Positions 22,086 to 24,000 of a DNA stretch of 24,000 nt are shown here, piece by piece. Below the pieces are notes generated by a model. The model was not told where the DNA came from. It did not search any database and saw only the letters and a program-made list of their open reading frames with translations. Positions within the stretch are counted from its first letter, which is position 1; every line of letters starts with the position of its first letter. Origin of the DNA: Tepidanaerobacter acetatoxydans Re1 (GTDB lineage: Bacteria > Bacillota > Thermosediminibacteria > Thermosediminibacterales > Tepidanaerobacteraceae). The stretch spans positions 2,339,769 to 2,363,768 of the forward strand of contig NC_019954.2 in assembly GCF_000328765.2 (NCBI RefSeq), read 5' to 3'. A program made the translations under genes and the position numbers.

Positions 22086-23363
22086 TTATTTGGTAGCCTT
22101 ATCGTCCTTAGTATCCGATTCACTCTCCTCGAAGGATATCTGTTTATCCACCATCTTGAAGAACGGAAACCATATCAGGGTAGTAACCGCAATCAGCACC
22201 ACTTGCAGCACAGCAGCCTGCCAGCCCTGCGCAAGGAATCCGGAAACAATCTGAGGCATTGTCCAGTTGACCTCAACACCGGATAATCTTGGAACGATAC
22301 CGATAGCAATAGAAACATAGCTTAAGGTTGTGCATACTATTGGGCAGAGTACATAAGGGATGAATAATAGCGGGTTTAGCAAAATGGGAATACCAAAAAT
22401 CAACGGCTCGTTTATGCCGAATATTGCTGGTACAATAGACATTTTACCCAGTGTTTTAAGGCGTTTTGATTTAGAAAAGAACAAGAGTAAAATTGCTAAG
22501 CCGAATGTACCACCAATACCGCCCGGCTGACATAGCACAGAAAAGGAACTAGTAATGATATTGGGCAGAGGCTGCCCTGCGGCCAGTGCAGCCAAGTTTT
22601 CGGCGCTGGCTGCCATGGTAAGTGGAGTAAATGTGGCAAAAATTGTGTTGCCATGTATACCGCAAAACATCAGCAGAGTACACAAAATCTGCATTACAAG
22701 ATAAGCCGGCAGCGACAGACCAAATCCCTGAAGCGGAGCCTGTATAACAGTATAGATGACATTGTGAAAGTTTTCGAAACTGGTAAGTATCAGCATTTGC
22801 GAAATAACAACAGCAATAATTAAAACAAACGCAGCAGGAACCAGCGAAGCAAAGGAGTCTTCCACGATGGGAGGCACCCCTTTAGGCATGTGTATATAAA
22901 TCTTTTTATCAAGCAAGAATTTGATAAGCTGGGGCACCAACCCGCCTACTATTATAGCACTGAACAAACCCGAGTATCCGAGCCATTCGGTTGGAATTGC
23001 AGTATACAGTTCGTGGGGAGTAAGTAGCAAAAATGCCATCAACGAAATAACTGATGCTGATATTGCGTTAATTTTAAGCTTTTGTGCATACTGGAATGGC
23101 AGCACTATAACAACATAAAGCGCTATGATGCTAAGCGTCAGCGACTGTATAGTCATAAGGATAAGCTGCAGCCCGGTAGATGTGACAAAACTTTGCCAAA
23201 ATGGAATATCTAAAAACGCACCCAGGCATGCAAACGAACCAATGATTATAATGGGTAGTAGCAGTTGAAATGTTTGCCCCAGAGAATTCATAAACTTGTT
23301 GTTAGACAGTTTATTTGCGATAGGCATCAGCTTTTTTTGCAGCGTGCCAATAAACTTTTCCAT
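22086..23363 (-). CDS. PTS EIIC component, lactose/cellobiose family
   Basis: 425-aa polytopic protein with GINEPLIFGIPILLNP and QPGGIGGTFG blocks. It is a paralogue of 11518-12864. Confidence 0.9.
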   Translation of the reverse strand: MEKFIGTLQKKLMPIANKLSNNKFMNSLGQTFQLLLPIIIIGSFACLGAFLDIPFWQSFVTSTGLQLILMTIQSLTLSIIALYVVIVLPFQYAQKLKINAISASVISLMAFLLLTPHELYTAIPTEWLGYSGLFSAIIVGGLVPQLIKFLLDKKIYIHMPKGVPPIVEDSFASLVPAAFVLIIAVVISQMLILTSFENFHNVIYTVIQAPLQGFGLSLPAYLVMQILCTLLMFCGIHGNTIFATFTPLTMAASAENLAALAAGQPLPNIITSSFSVLCQPGGIGGTFGLAILLLFFSKSKRLKTLGKMSIVPAIFGINEPLIFGIPILLNPLLFIPYVLCPIVCTTLSYVSIAIGIVPRLSGVEVNWTMPQIVSGFLAQGWQAAVLQVVLIAVTTLIWFPFFKMVDKQISFEESESDTKDDKATK

Positions 23364-23380
23364 AAAATACCTCTTTTCTA

Positions 23381-23695
23381 TTATTTTAATGATTCAATTA
23401 AGGCAATTGCGTCCTTTAGTATCTTTTCACCGTTCATCATACCAAAGTCTATGGTATTTATAACGGCGATTTTCCCCGCATATTTCGGGTATTCGTTCTT
23501 GAATTGTTCTTTCTTGAACATAAGCTGTGGTCCTAGCAGGATGCAATCCATTTCTTCAATAAGGTTGTCCATCTGGGAATCTGGATACGCTGCGATACTA
23601 CTTTCAATACCAAGCTTTTCCGCAGCTTCTATCATTTTGCGCACGCACAAGCCGGTACTTGCGCCATGCTGGCAAACCAATGCAATTTTATACAT
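23381..23695 (-). CDS. PTS EIIB component, lactose/cellobiose family
   Basis: MYKIALVCQHGASTGLCVRKM carries the phospho-Cys loop. 104 aa. The ATG overlaps the EIIA stop (ATGTATAA), and AAGGAGG lies upstream. Confidence 0.9.
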   Translation of the reverse strand: MYKIALVCQHGASTGLCVRKMIEAAEKLGIESSIAAYPDSQMDNLIEEMDCILLGPQLMFKKEQFKNEYPKYAGKIAVINTIDFGMMNGEKILKDAIALIESLK

Positions 23696-23999
23696 GTTTA
23701 ACCTCCTTGTGTAACAAAATCAGTTCCTTGGCAAGAACAAAAATCGTCTCCGCGGCATTCAGATGGTCCGCAGCATGTACCATAAAAATGGTAACCTGTA
23801 GATCCTGGTTTTTGGCGTCGTAGCTTAGCAGGTTAGTGTGCGCCTGATGGCTTTTGGTCAATGACTCCTCAGCTTTTTTCATAGTAACTGCCGCTTCCTC
23901 GGACTTGCCTTCCCGCGACTGCTTGATAGCTAATAATGCAAGACTTTTCGCATCACCTCCATACGAAATCATCTCCATGCATTCCTGAATAGCATCCAT
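23688..23999 (-). CDS. PTS EIIA component, lactose/cellobiose family
   Basis: ISYGGDAKSLALLAI..., helical, with FMVHAADHL carrying the conserved His. 103 aa. The ATG is at 23999, so the upstream region is outside the window. Confidence 0.85.
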   Translation of the reverse strand: MDAIQECMEMISYGGDAKSLALLAIKQSREGKSEEAAVTMKKAEESLTKSHQAHTNLLSYDAKNQDLQVTIFMVHAADHLNAAETIFVLAKELILLHKEVKHV

Positions 24000-24000
24000 T

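Overview
This is a 24-kb chromosomal window from a low-GC Firmicute. It looks Clostridia-like: GGAGG-type RBSs, many PTS genes, AT-rich intergenic DNA. I count about 29 protein-coding genes, all on the minus strand except one 4-gene plus-strand folate operon. I saw no rRNA, tRNA, CRISPR array, transposase or integrase. Layout: (i) 1-2556 is a minus-strand three-gene cluster of unknown role: an Isf-like Fe-S flavoprotein, an uncharacterised 279-aa protein, and an edge-truncated LVIVD-repeat beta-propeller protein. (ii) 2965-7829 is an accessory-looking block bounded by a 74-bp direct repeat (1 mismatch). It holds an ArsR regulator with an ABC-2 exporter (ATPase, permease), a DUF4825 membrane protein preceded by a relic blaI-like 3' end, and a small membrane GGDEF cyclase. 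The distal repeat copy truncates a TsaA/TrmO-like gene. (iii) 8395-15528 is an eight-gene minus-strand operon: PRD/EIIB-type regulator, separately encoded EIIA (Fru/Mtl type), Lac/Cel-family EIIB and EIIC, a GrdB-N-terminal-like protein, a PepV-like M20 peptidase, a cytoplasmic glycosylasparaginase-like Ntn hydrolase, and EIIA (Lac/Cel). This is my best candidate for an undescribed system, plausibly a PTS route for N-glycan-derived glyco-amino acids or glycopeptides. (iv) 15702-18496 is a PTPS/queD-like, folE2, folP, folK operon with no folB. (v) 18510-18655 is a decayed XRE-type gene. (vi) 18687-23999 is a second Lac/Cel PTS operon (EIIA, EIIB, EIIC) followed by a FadH/2-enoate-reductase-type Fe-S flavoenzyme and a GH1 6-phospho-beta-glucosidase. 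All family calls were made by eye from motifs. No database search, HMM or folding program was run.
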